Shown here piece after piece: positions 46,506-61,043 of a stretch of 64,000 bases of DNA; positions within the stretch are counted from its first letter, which is position 1, and every line of letters starts with the position of its first letter. Origin of the DNA: Eledone cirrhosa. Taxonomy: Eukaryota. A program made the position numbers and the translations under genes. Location: assembly GCA_964016885.1 (NCBI GenBank), contig OZ024756.1, positions 44,206,001 to 44,270,000 on the forward strand, read 5' to 3'. Under the pieces are notes generated by a model. That model worked only from the letters and a program-made list of their open reading frames with translations, made no database searches and was not told where the DNA came from.

Positions 46506-46615
46506 ATATATATATATATAGATAGATATATATATATATATATAGATATTTATCTTACTCTTTCTGTCTTTCTCATTCTACCCTTTCTGTTTTACTTTTC
46601 AATTTCTCATTACAG

Positions 46616-46655
<40 letters not shown>

Positions 46656-47702
46656 TGTGTATATATAATTATATCGTTATATCATCTCTTTGCTTTTTTT
46701 ATGTGTTTTTTTCCATTATCTAGTTTTGAATCTTATTTTTCTCTTCATTTTAATCCTTTCTACAAAACTTCTCAAATATATAAATATATTCTGAACTGAA
46801 ATGAAATTTAAAAGAAAAAAAATAATAAACCAAATAAAACAATTTAAATAAATAAATATATAAATATTAAAACAAAATAATAAATGTTAAATATAAAAAT
46901 CTGGCTATTAAGTTATTATTATTTTTATATTTCAATGAAAAATGAAATATGATTTAACAGTACGTAAGGGAGAATTATATTTCTATGGTGTGCTTTTATC
47001 GTTTATTTTGATTTTATTTTTTTAAATTTTGTTTCTGATAATTTAATTTTTCATTGTTTTTGATTTTTCAATTGTTTCAGATTTTTCGTTTTTTTTTAAA
47101 TTTTATATTTATTTTTTATTGTTATTATTATTATTATTTTTATTTTTTTTCTTCATTTTACAACAATTCTTGATTCTACTTTCTACTTCTAAACCAAACA
47201 AAAAGACAACAAAAGACAACAGATTGTGCTGGATTATGTGTTCCACCACAATCTGTTTAGGAATTTTTCTGTTTCTCTGCTGCTTTTATAATATAATATT
47301 GGATAAATAAATAAGCACATCGGTGGCACACACACACATATGTATACACACACATATGTATATACACACACATATGTATACACACACACATATGTATACA
47401 CACACACACATATATATATATATATATGAGCTGCTGCCAATCTTATATATCACAGTATCAATTGTCATCTTCATCACCATCATCACCATCTTCATCACCA
47501 TAATCACCATCTCCATCATCATCATCATCATCACCATCATCATCATATTCGGTATCATCCACCATTTTCATCACCATCACCATCATAACCATCATCATCA
47601 TATTCGGTATCATCCACCATTTTCATCTTCAATATCTTACTCCTCATTTTCCTCCTCCTCCCCCTCTTCCTCTGATCATCATCATCATCAAAGGGCAATG
47701 TA

Positions 47703-48115
47703 CTGGCAGTAATCGGTAGAGTGTCAGACAAAATGCGTCATGTCATTTGTTCTGAGTCTTTATGTTCCGAGTTCAAATCCCAGGGAGGTAAAATTTGTCA
47801 TTTTTACCTTTTGTCCTTCCGAGGTTGATAAAATATAATACCAGTCATGTACTGGGGAGGTCGATATAATCAACTTTATCCTTTTCCACCAAAATTACTG
47901 GCACAAAGCCAACATTGTGGGAGGTGTGAGGGGAGGGGGGTGTAAAAGTCAATTATAGTCCCTCCCCTCCATATTTTACTGGTAATTTAATTTAATCAAT
48001 CTCAGAAAGATGGAAGCAAACATTGACCTCAACAAGATTTCAACTAACAATGGAAGAAGTCCTAACTACATACCACAAAATATTTGTATTTTGTCTAATG
48101 TTCTACCAGTACTGC
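47703..48115. mobile_element. Two diverged SINEs of the second family, tail to tail (+ ~47703-47910, - ~47960-48115)
   Basis: GAGTTCAAATCC...GAGGTTGATAAAATATAATACCAG on +; the reverse core on -. Confidence 0.65.
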
Positions 48116-48330
48116 ACACCCACCGCCGGGGCCTATGAGGGGGGGGGGGGGTCCAGCTGGTACTTTGTTCCGGGGCCCAAGAGCTAAGAAGGCCTCACAG
48201 CAACCATGTAACATCCATTTTGAGAAAAATCTTTGCTTGCTTCTGGCCCCAAAGGGGCCTTGTACTGCAAAATTTCTCTTTGGGTCCCTGTCCCGACCCC
48301 GAGTTATGTTGCTAAATTAGAAATCATTAT

Positions 48331-48509
48331 TGGCAGTATCAGAAGAGAGTTGGACGCCATGCTTTCTATCATAGTTACGTCCCTTTACAGTCTGAGTTCA
48401 AATCCTGCCAAGGTTAACTTTGCCTTTCATCCTTACGGGGTCGATAAAATAAAGTACCAGTAATGTACTGGATAATTGCTGGCCTTGTGCCTAAAGTAGA
48501 AACAATTAT
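48331..48509 (+). mobile_element. SINE, second family
   Basis: Near-identical to 37514-37681. Confidence 0.82.
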
Positions 48510-48720
48510 TAGTATTATTATGATTTTTATTAAGGTTTTTTGCTGCTGTTGTTTTTTTTATGATGTTGTTATGAAACATGATCTAATGTTATTCAACAAC
48601 ACTACCAGATTATCTAATACACAGATCTGTGTCTCAATTTGTACATCTTTTGCTGAACGCACTGCCAACTTCACCAGATTATCTAACACACACACATATC
48701 TGTTTGTTCATCTCTTGCAG

Positions 48721-48866
48721 GATTCATTGCCAACCGATTTGGTGGTAAATATGTCTTTGGTGGAGGTATTTTCATAACAGCTGTGTTGAATCTCTTTACA
48801 CCGCTCTGTATACATTGGAACTTGATGTCCCTCGTCATTCTCAGGATATTTGAAGGTCTTTTTGAG
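48721..48866 (+). CDS. SLC17A5-like: Exon of SLC17 sialin-like gene (MFS motif A, TM3-TM4)
   Basis: CTCTTGCAG acceptor, GTAAGT donor, 146 bp (phase 1 to 0). GFIANRFGGKYVFGGGIFITAVLNLFTPLCIHWNLMSLVILRIFEGLFE. Confidence 0.92.
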
Positions 48867-48995
48867 GTAAGTTGTTGACACATTTTAAGGATTTACAGCT
48901 AAAGAGAGTCCTCACCTCTCCCTCTCAATGTCATATTTATATTCTTTTAGGGAGAAGACATATTTATGTTTTTTTTATTATTATACTCCTTAGAA

Positions 48996-49355
48996 CGGCA
49001 GTAGAGCATTGAACAAGATGCTTTGTGGCATGTAGTTATGGCTCTTTACATTCTGAGTTCAAATGCTGCTGAAGTTAGCTTTGCCATTCATCCTTATAGA
49101 GTCGATAAAATAAAGTACCAGTAATACACTGACGTCGATTTAATTGACTTTCCCCTCCCCTTCAAATTGCTGGCCTTGTGTCTAAATCAGGAACCATTAT
49201 TGTTTTATGGTTTCAATCCCACCAAGGTGAGCTTTGCCTTTCATTTTCCAGGGCTTAATAAAATAAAGTACCAGTAATACACTGGGGTTGATTTAATCCC
49301 CCCCCTCCCTCCCCTGAAATTGTTAGCTTTGTGCCTAAATAAGAAACCATTATTA
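48996..49355 (+). mobile_element. Two tandem SINEs of the second family
   Basis: Core TTTGCC.TTCAT...ATAAAATAAAGTACCAGTAATACACTG occurs twice. Confidence 0.72.
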
Positions 49356-49361
49356 TTTTCT

Positions 49362-49610
49362 CCAATGTGTAATGAACTCGGCATCATACGTGGAGTGAGA
49401 GGAAAAGTTGATATAAGAAGAATCTGATGAAGCAGTCAAGAGAAAAGAATGTGTTGGACATGTCTATTGAAGATGACAGCTGCATAAAGACAGAGATATT
49501 TCAATGGATGGGATTCATGGAAAGGACAGAGCAAGGAAGATAATGAAGGACGACCTTCAAGATGGAGATGACAAATGATTGGCGACGGAATCAAGAAGAC
49601 TCACCTACCA
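49362..49610 (+). pseudogene. Highly decayed RTE C-terminal fragment
   Basis: Residual similarity to 20847-21100 (GAAGATGACAGCTGCATAAAG). Confidence 0.5.
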
Positions 49611-50460
49611 ACATAAAATGGGATCTGATCCCTCCATATGTCTGTCTGTGTGTGCATGTGTATGTGAGAGTATGTGTGTATGTGTGTGTGTGTGTATGTG
49701 TATCTGAGAGAGTGTGTGTATGTGTTTGTATGTGTGTGCATGTATATGTGTGTGTGTATGTGTTTGTATGTGTGTGCATGTATATGTGTGTATGTGTGTT
49801 GCTATTAGTTATGCTAATGAGATTTGTTGTTTTTGTATTTGGGAAGTTAATTGAAATGTTTTTAATTGTTCCACACACAGCAACATATATACTTACACGT
49901 GTATACATATACATATACATACATACTTACATGTGTCTATACACACATATACATACATACTTACACGTGTACACACATACATATACATACATACTTACAC
50001 ACACAGCAACATACACATGTATATATATACACACACAGCAACATACACATATATACACACACACAAAGTCCATTGAAAAACAAATTGTAATTAACATCAA
50101 CAACACAGCATACACACACACATACATATACATATATACATACACATACATATACACATATATATATACATACACATACATATATAAACAGACATCCATA
50201 TACACATATATATATATACATACACACTTGTGCATACAAATATTTGTATACATACACACACACATATATATATACACTCACACACACAACCAAACAAGGA
50301 CCACTCCCAGTAAACGAATTTCAATTAAAATTTCAAAATCTAAAACAAACGTAAACGAAGTGTATTGATGACTACATTATCAATAAGACAGGTAAATTGA
50401 GAGGCTAGTTAATTAATGATAGGTGAGAAGGGCTGGACAGTGGGAGCAATGTAAAAATAT

Positions 50461-50585
50461 ATGATTTCTAATTTAGGCACAGGGACAGCAACTGGGGGAG
50501 GGTTGTGTCGATTAGATCGACCCCAGTGCATTACTGGTAATTTATTTTATCAGCCCTGTCAGAGTGAGAGGCAATGTTAACTGCG
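50461..50585 (-). mobile_element. SINE second-family 3' fragment
   Basis: Reverse of GATAAAATAAATTACCAGTAATGCACTGGGGTCGAT. Confidence 0.6.
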
Positions 50586-51471
50586 AATTTTCAAATGTTA
50601 AGAGATAATACTGTAAATTTTCCCAACAATCTGTCCATTAGCAAAGATACTATAAACATTTGAATTAACAAACTTGTTTTTAGATATTTTTGTTCAAATT
50701 ATTCAAGGATGTTAAGAATTAAAGAAGTTATAACTTTAGAAGCAATTCTTCCCAATTGTTCTTTTTCCCACTGGTATTCATTGAAATGTTCGCAGTGTTT
50801 GGACAGCTGACCTCCACAGAATTACAGGGTTTTTATATTCTGTTGAACGCAACAGATGTCGGCCATCTTGTTATTGTATTTGACATCTGTTAAAATGTGT
50901 TAGGTTAAAAAGGTGTGAATGTACTACATAATGGCACCAGTTGCATATACATGTGTGTCTGTGACTGTGTGTGTGTGTGTCAGTGTATGTGTCTGTGTGT
51001 GTGTGTATGTATATGTTGATATGTAAGTGCATATGGATGTATGTTTGTATGTGTTTATATATATGAACACATATGTGCCTATGTATATATGCCTATGTAT
51101 ATATATATGTGTGTATATAGACATGTATGTATGTACATATATATGTGTATATATACACATGTATGTATGTACATCTATATGTGTATATATAGACATGTAT
51201 GTACATATATATGTGAGTATATAGACATGTATGTATGTACATATGTATGTGTATATATAGACATGTATGTGTGTACATATATATGTGTATATATAGACAT
51301 GTATGTATGTACATATATATGTGTATATATAGACATGTATGTATGTACATATGTATGTGTATATATAGACATGTATGTGTGTACATATATATGTGAGTAT
51401 ATAGACATGTATGTATGTACATATGTATGTGTGTATGTAGGTATGTATGTATGTATACATATATACAGGTG

Positions 51472-51671
51472 NNNNNNNNNNNNNNNNNNNNNNNNNNNNN
51501 NNNNNNNNNNNNNNNNNNNNNNNNNNNNNNNNNNNNNNNNNNNNNNNNNNNNNNNNNNNNNNNNNNNNNNNNNNNNNNNNNNNNNNNNNNNNNNNNNNNN
51601 NNNNNNNNNNNNNNNNNNNNNNNNNNNNNNNNNNNNNNNNNNNNNNNNNNNNNNNNNNNNNNNNNNNNNNN
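51472..51671. other. Assembly gap (200 N)
   Basis: Seen directly. Confidence 1.
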
Positions 51672-51718
51672 ATTTACAATATTAAATAAATGGAAAACTA
51701 TATTTATAAAACCATATT

Positions 51719-51784
51719 TATTTCATTATATATATTTCGGGGATATCATATTAACAATATGCTATGCCTTCATCAGACAAAATA
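51719..51784 (-). ncRNA. Type I hammerhead motif in the PLE 3' pseudo-LTR
   Basis: Reverse complement of 55391-55456; same sense as the ORF. Confidence 0.8.
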
Positions 51785-52153
51785 CAATATAAACAGTTTT
51801 ATAGATAAATATATTCGACATACCGTAATAAACATCAACTTCATTTGAAGAGGTTCACTCTAGCAGTGAAAATACAGAGAGAAAGAAAGAGAGAGAGAAA
51901 AGAGGGAAATAAGAAAGAAAGAAAGACAAAACGAAGAAAAGGAAGAAAAAGAAGAAAAAGAAGAAATGCATGGGACAAAATAGAGAGATGGAAAAATAGA
52001 TAAAGCGAAGAGCTTCATGTAAAGAGACCGAAAGAGATATATATATATATATAGAGAGAGAGAGAGGAAATAGAGATAGATACATATATAAATATAGATA
52101 TAGAAAAATTAGGTAGTGGGAGGTCATTTTGAGTAAGTGTATCAATGATGCAT

Positions 52154-52184
<31 letters not shown>

Positions 52185-53318
52185 GCTCAAGTATTAATGT
52201 AAGGGAGATATATAGAGAGATATAGAGAGATATATAGAGAGAAAAATTTAAAAATATTTAAAAATAGCCAGACATATTCGAGGCGTAGAAAACCCTATGT
52301 TTTAATGTATTAGTATTTATAAAACTTACACTATATTGTAAATATCAGTATTCCTGAATGAAACAAGTATTCACAATGCGTGAAAATTCATTATCTTATG
52401 TTTAGTTTTTTTTAAAAAATTCATATGTCTATGTGAATCCAACTGATTCACTCCGCAAATTCAAAGTTACCGGAAAACATTCTCAATGTGGTATAAAAAT
52501 TTGAGCGTATTATTATTCTCTACAAGATTATCTATCAAGCAGAAATAGAGAGCAGATTTCAATATACTAATCGAAAATATATATTATATTATAAGCAGAG
52601 ATAACAATAATAATGATAATAAGTAAAAATATATAAAAATATAAAAATATAGAATAGAAAACTAAAAAAGAATATTACGAAAGAATATTACATAATAAAA
52701 ATATTGCATATTAAAAATACTACGTATTAAAAATATTACGTATTAAAACTTTACATATAAAAATATTAAAAATAAACTTACATATAAAAATATTAAAAAT
52801 AAAAATAAAATAAAATAAAAAATAAAAATATAAAAATATTATAGAATACTACAATACTAAAAGAATAAAAATAAAAGTAAACCACAAAGAACAACCCTTC
52901 AAGGTTAATTGACAATATATTGCCAAGTTCACTACAAGACAAAGCCAAAAATTATCTATCAAATCACATCTAGCAAGGAATATCGCAAAAAAGATTATGA
53001 TGTCCAATAATGTCTACATATGTTCCTATATTTAATATATAAGTTTATCAAGTGTAAGGTTAATTCAGAAAATTTGGAGCATCGGCTTTTAGGGTAGCTT
53101 AATTTTTCATGAGGAATGTTTAGATAAAAATAAAAATAAAAATAAAAATAAAAATAAAAATAAAAATAAAAATAAAAATAAAAATAAAAATAAAAATAAA
53201 AATAAAAATAAATAAAATAAAATAAACAATAAAAAAAGTAAAAAGAGGGAATCAAAGATTTAGGAATCAAAAGATTTATCGGCTAGTTCTCATATAAATA
53301 TAAATCAAACTAAATATA

Positions 53319-55193
53319 CTACATTTTAAATTTAAATTTATATTTAAACGTTGAGTTTAATCTATGTTTGCAACAACTGAATAAATTTGTCCGTAGGTTA
53401 AGGGAATTTTTAGATTTTAGTATAAAGAATATCTCCTCTGCGCAGAGGTCACATGTCTCAGAGGATGAATTAAAAGGAATCCCTCTTGAGACTATATTCC
53501 AAGCCGTCGAATATCTAACGTTATCTAGCTTAAGTTGCCAGAGTACACCTGATAGTGCCGTTGAAGATTTTTTATTTGGATCTGTGAAAGAATTCTTGTG
53601 GTTATTATAGCGAAGTTTAAATTCCGTCGATGTGGAACCGACGTAGTTAAAAGAATTAGAGTCAGTATTAACATTACAATTGTATACTATATTTTTAACT
53701 AAGCAGTTGTTATTTAACGGACATTTAGATCTATCTCTACATTTACATTTGTTAACTTGTATATTATTTATGCTATTATCAGTAGGTTTTAAGTTCCTAT
53801 TATTTATTCTATTAATATTTTGTGCTAAATTTTTGGTGGATGAGTAGGTTAATTTAATTGTATGCCTATTGAAGATTGAGTGGTACCTATGTGTTCTAGG
53901 GAAGCGATTATCAAGAGCTTTGAAAAATAATTTAGCGATGTGGGTTTTAATGTTTAGTGAGAAAGGGGGGGCAAACCAAATTATGTTCCTAGTTCTATTT
54001 CTTTTTTGTCCTTTGGAATTATTGTAATGCTTTCTATTATAGTTGTTAATGTTGTTGCCATAATTAAAAAAGTTGTTCCTTTGTTTAGTATGTTTATCAT
54101 TATCTATGTACACAATCTTATCAGCATACCCTGCCCTAGCTAGTGCATCATTATAGTATTGGGCCTTTTCGTCAAAAATCTTTCTATTCGACGAGATCCT
54201 AGAGATACGTTTTTGGACTGAGTTTACTATAGTGTTTTTGACAGATCTGGGGTGGTTAGAGTTAAAGTTGACATAGTTTAAGTTTTCATTCAACTTGTGA
54301 AAAGGATAGTGGAGACATGTGTTGAGATTTAATGTTATATCTAGGAAATTGACTATTCTATGGTTGTTCTCAATTTCTATTTTAAGGTTAAAGTAATTAA
54401 AAAATTTTGTAATTTGTTTACATTTTCTATTTAGTTCAGGGTTATTATTATTAATAAGTAAAAGCATGTCATCCCTATATAAACCTCCGGTAGTACCAGG
54501 TATTTTCCTATGTAGCGAATTGATTAAAAATAAGCCCACAAGGTCAGTTACTTGAGCTGAGTCGGAAGATCCCATAGTTATGTCAAAATTGCTATCTCTA
54601 TCTGCTCTGGTCCATAATTTGTCATCAAATTCTATCAAAGTTTTCCTAGCCGATAATATAATATGCATTTCTTTGCTAGTTAGGTCCGTATGTTTGAATG
54701 CGTAATTTAGTGCCTTATTTAGTAGACTAGGGGTAATAGAAGAATAATAGTTAGCTATATCAAGTTGAATAAACCTATTATTATTGTCATATTTAATTTG
54801 CCTAAACCACTCAACAACCTCTCCAGTTCCCTTCCACAAGCTCAGGTTAGATACATAATCCAAGTTCTTAATTTGCAGTATCACCCTGTCAAGAATGTTT
54901 TTGCTTAATTTGCCCAGGTCCGATTTTGAAGGTGCGATCAATTTAACTGGCAGGTCAATCTCAAAATTCCTCTTGTGGTCCTTCATATTGATCTTCGGTT
55001 TCCTGGGCACGAAAGGTTGTGTTCTGTTCTCAATTTCCAACTGATGCATTATACAAGATGCTTCAACATTCATTTTCACAAGTTCGGTCTTATCTGCTAC
55101 CTTGTATTTTTTCCTCAGCTCTTTCAGTATGAGGCCATTATACATGTCTTTCTGCACTCCATAGAGGTTGTTGGTCTTGTCAGATTTCACCAA
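53319..55193 (-). CDS. PLE reverse transcriptase + C-terminal GIY-YIG endonuclease; frame stays open to ~55250, true N-terminus truncated
   Basis: SDKT; RT motifs LDIANYYSSI, ITMGSSDS, LYRDDML, VNFLDITL; Cys linker CKCRDRSKCPLNNNC; IVY...YVGST..FKLRYNNH; CDLC..E; no stops in 624 codons. Confidence 0.93.
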   Translation of the reverse strand: MVKSDKTNNLYGVQKDMYNGLILKELRKKYKVADKTELVKMNVEASCIMHQLEIENRTQPFVPRKPKINMKDHKRNFEIDLPVKLIAPSKSDLGKLSKNILDRVILQIKNLDYVSNLSLWKGTGEVVEWFRQIKYDNNNRFIQLDIANYYSSITPSLLNKALNYAFKHTDLTSKEMHIILSARKTLIEFDDKLWTRADRDSNFDITMGSSDSAQVTDLVGLFLINSLHRKIPGTTGGLYRDDMLLLINNNNPELNRKCKQITKFFNYFNLKIEIENNHRIVNFLDITLNLNTCLHYPFHKLNENLNYVNFNSNHPRSVKNTIVNSVQKRISRISSNRKIFDEKAQYYNDALARAGYADKIVYIDNDKHTKQRNNFFNYGNNINNYNRKHYNNSKGQKRNRTRNIIWFAPPFSLNIKTHIAKLFFKALDNRFPRTHRYHSIFNRHTIKLTYSSTKNLAQNINRINNRNLKPTDNSINNIQVNKCKCRDRSKCPLNNNCLVKNIVYNCNVNTDSNSFNYVGSTSTEFKLRYNNHKNSFTDPNKKSSTALSGVLWQLKLDNVRYSTAWNIVSRGIPFNSSSETCDLCAEEIFFILKSKNSLNLRTNLFSCCKHRLNSTFKYKFKFKM

Positions 55194-55390
55194 GATCTTC
55201 TCAGTTTTCTCTAAGCTCTCAATGTTATCCTTAATGCCTTTCAGATATTCCTTTCAGATATTCCGATTACCTCTTTTCTCTCTCTCTTTCTTTCTCTCTG
55301 TATTTTCACTGCTAGAGTGAACCTCTTCAAATGAAGTTGATGTTTATTACGGTATGTCGAATATATTTATCTATAAAACTGTTTATATTG

Positions 55391-55456
55391 TATTTTGTCT
55401 GATGAAGGCATAGCATATTGTTAATATGATATCCCCGAAATATATATAATGAAATA
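55391..55456 (+). ncRNA. Type I hammerhead motif in the inverted PLE pseudo-LTR
   Basis: Stem I TATTTTGT/ATGAAATA (2 GU pairs); CTGATGA; stem II CATATT/AATATG; GAAA; stem III ATATATAT; triplet AUA. Confidence 0.8.
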
Positions 55457-55500
55457 AATATGGTTTTATAAATATAGTTTTCCATTTATTTAATATTGTA

Positions 55501-57169
<1,669 letters not shown>

Positions 57170-57326
57170 ATTGGAATAAATGCTCTGAAATAGCGATATA
57201 TATGTGAATATAGACATAGAATATTCGAAAATATTCTGTATGTTTATAATAAACATTTTGAAGACCTAATCGCTATAGAATAATACGTCACGTATTACAA
57301 TTAGATTCTCGATAAAAGCAAGGGAA

Positions 57327-57369
57327 GTAATCTACGCGTTTCATTCTTGTTAGAAATCATCAGGACTAC
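57327..57369 (-). ncRNA. Type I hammerhead motif (308-bp family, inverted copy)
   Basis: Reverse complement of 57501-57543. Confidence 0.85.
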
Positions 57370-57500
57370 ATATCCAGTGCTTTTATCGAGAATGACACAG
57401 CTAGAGACTTATAGAATACTTAGCTGTGTACAGGAACTGGTATTCTATAAGTATTCTATAAGTCTCTAGCTGTGTCATTCTCGATAAAAGCACTGGATAT

Positions 57501-57543
57501 GTAGTCCTGATGATTTCTAACAAGAATGAAACGCGTAGATTAC
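57501..57543 (+). ncRNA. Type I hammerhead motif (308-bp family; further copies start at 57809, 58117, 58425, 58733, 59041)
   Basis: Stem I GTAGTC/GATTAC, extended by 16-bp ATTCTCGATAAAAGCA/TGCTTTTATCGAGAAT; CTGATGA; stem II TTCT/AGAA; GAAA; palindromic stem III ACGCGT; triplet GUA. Confidence 0.88.
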
Positions 57544-59219
57544 TTCCCTTGCTTTTATCGAGAATCTAATTGTAATACGTGACGTATTATTCTATAGCGA
57601 TTAGGTCTTCAAAATGTTTATTATAAACATACAGAATATTTTCGAATATTCTATGTCTATATTCACATATATATCGCTATTTCAGAGCATTTATTCCAAT
57701 TTCTAATTTCTGCCGGACCGGCAACCGCTCTTTCAAACCAGTTCCTGTACACAGCTAAGTATTCTATAAGTCTCTAGCTGTGTCATTCTCGATAAAAGCA
57801 CTGGATATGTAGTCCTGATGATTTCTAACAAGAATGAAACGCGTAGATTACTTCCCTTGCTTTTATCGAGAATCTAATTGTAATACGTGACGTATTATTC
57901 TATAGCGATTAGGTCTTCAAAATGTTTATTATAAACATACAGAATATTTTCGAATATTCTATGTCTATATTCACATATATATCGCTATTTCAGAGCATTT
58001 ATTCCAATTTCTAATTTCTGCCGGACCGGCAACCGCTCTTTCAAACCAGTTCCTGTACACAGCTAAGTATTCTATAAGTCTCTAGCTGTGTCATTCTCGA
58101 TAAAAGCACTGGATATGTAGTCCTGATGATTTCTAACAAGAATGAAACGCGTAGATTACTTCCCTTGCTTTTATCGAGAATCTAATTGTAATACGTGACG
58201 TATTATTCTATAGCGATTAGGTCTTCAAAATGTTTATTATAAACATACAGAATATTTTCGAATATTCTATGTCTATATTCACATATATATCGCTATTTCA
58301 GAGCATTTATTCCAATTTCTAATTTCTGCCGGACCGGCAACCGCTCTTTCAAACCAGTTCCTGTACACAGCTAAGTATTCTATAAGTCTCTAGCTGTGTC
58401 ATTCTCGATAAAAGCACTGGATATGTAGTCCTGATGATTTCTAACAAGAATGAAACGCGTAGATTACTTCCCTTGCTTTTATCGAGAATCTAATTGTAAT
58501 ACGTGACGTATTATTCTATAGCGATTAGGTCTTCAAAATGTTTATTATAAACATACAGAATATTTTCGAATATTCTATGTCTATATTCACATATATATCG
58601 CTATTTCAGAGCATTTATTCCAATTTCTAATTTCTGCCGGACCGGCAACCGCTCTTTCAAACCAGTTCCTGTACACAGCTAAGTATTCTATAAGTCTCTA
58701 GCTGTGTCATTCTCGATAAAAGCACTGGATATGTAGTCCTGATGATTTCTAACAAGAATGAAACGCGTAGATTACTTCCCTTGCTTTTATCGAGAATCTA
58801 ATTGTAATACGTGACGTATTATTCTATAGCGATTAGGTCTTCAAAATGTTTATTATAAACATACAGAATATTTTCGAATATTCTATGTCTATATTCACAT
58901 ATATATCGCTATTTCAGAGCATTTATTCCAATTTCTAATTTCTGCCGGACCGGCAACCGCTCTTTCAAACCAGTTCCTGTACACAGCTAAGTATTCTATA
59001 AGTCTCTAGCTGTGTCATTCTCGATAAAAGCACTGGATATGTAGTCCTGATGATTTCTAACAAGAATGAAACGCGTAGATTACTTCCCTTGCTTTTATCG
59101 AGAATCTAATTGTAATACGTGACGTATTATTCTATAGCGATTAGGTCTTCAAAATGTTTATTATAAACATACAGAATATTTTCGAATATTCTATGTCTAT
59201 ATTCATATATATATATATA

Positions 59220-59251
<32 letters not shown>

Positions 59252-59329
59252 AATATATATATATATAAATATATATATATAAATATATATAAATATATAT
59301 ATATATAAATATATATAAATATATATATA

Positions 59330-59361
<32 letters not shown>

Positions 59362-59362
59362 A

Positions 59363-59397
<35 letters not shown>

Positions 59398-59536
59398 CAA
59401 ATAAATATATATATATATACAAATAAATATATATATATATATATATAAATATACGTTATTCCGGGTTGAATCGGAGGTAACCACAGTAAGTAAGGTACTC
59501 AATACATAGCAGAGTATAACAGTTTTAATATAGATG

Positions 59537-59587
59537 AGATTCTACAGGACTAGAACTGTTTCATTCATTAGAAATCATCAGGAATCT
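59537..59587 (-). ncRNA. Type I hammerhead motif (family C, left arm)
   Basis: Reverse complement of 60104-60154. Confidence 0.8.
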
Positions 59588-60103
59588 GGGTATCGAAAAA
59601 TAAATATGGTATTTATAGGTCTCTACAAGTGGTAGGAGAGGGTGGGGAGTTGGATGGGTGCAGGTCATTGGTTGATAGAAAAGGGAATTCATTAAAAGCT
59701 AATTCTACAAAGCTATAGTTAATTTTTATTTTTATTTATATTTATTTATGTTTTTAGAGTAACAAAGGCAGACAAAATTCTATAAACAGGTTCCGGATGG
59801 CATACCATTCCTTGTCAATAAGTTTCTCTTAAGCTAACAGATGTCTATAAAATCAGTGGGGGGTCAGTCAAGCTCGATAGAATTAAAGAAGGGGGAGATT
59901 CTTTAAAAGCTAAAGTTGTCTGCCTTTGTTACTCTAAAAACATAAATAAATATAAATAAAAATAAAAATTAACTATAGCTTTGTAGAATTAGCTTTTAAT
60001 GAATTCCCTTTTCTATCAACCAATGACCTGCACCCATCCAACTCCCCACCCTCTCCTACCACTTGTAGAGACCTATAAATACCATATTTATTTTTCGATA
60101 CCC

Positions 60104-60154
60104 AGATTCCTGATGATTTCTAATGAATGAAACAGTTCTAGTCCTGTAGAATCT
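60104..60154 (+). ncRNA. Type I hammerhead motif (family C, right arm)
   Basis: Stem I AGATTC/GAATCT; CTGATGA; short stem II TTC/GAA; GAAA; stem III ACAG..CTGT; triplet GUA. Confidence 0.8.
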
Positions 60155-60170
60155 CATCTATATTAAAACT

Positions 60171-61043
<873 letters not shown>

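Larger units (their letters stand above)
51675..55500 (-). mobile_element. Penelope-like retroelement, 5'-truncated, bounded by 231-bp inverted pseudo-LTR copies (51675-51905 and 55270-55500)
   Basis: Terminal segments appear to be exact reverse complements, each with a hammerhead. RT + GIY-YIG ORF inside. ~1.4-kb AT-rich 3' UTR. (TA)n on the right, gap on the left. Confidence 0.92.
57170..59205 (+). mobile_element. Retrozyme-like array: inverted 271-bp partial unit (57170-57440) followed by ~5.7 direct copies of a 308-bp non-coding unit
   Basis: GTAGTCCTGATGA recurs at 57501, 57809, 58117, 58425, 58733, 59041 (period 308); copies appear identical; (TA)n flanks. Confidence 0.92.
59454..60170 (-). 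mobile_element. Foldback element C: 67-bp tail, 255-bp inverted arms (59521-59775, 59916-60170), 140-bp spacer
   Basis: Arms reverse-complementary, hammerhead in each arm, (TA)n flanks. Confidence 0.88.

Noticed and set aside
46780-47160. A-rich to T-rich switch as an old foldback
   Set aside because: Too low in complexity to establish arm complementarity by eye.
48120-48300. GC-rich hAT-like MITE fragment
   Set aside because: No TIR pair or target-site duplication could be identified.
51675-55500. DNA transposon with 231-bp TIRs
   Set aside because: The internal ORF is RT + GIY-YIG and is truncated at the repeat junction; the repeats are inverted pseudo-LTRs.
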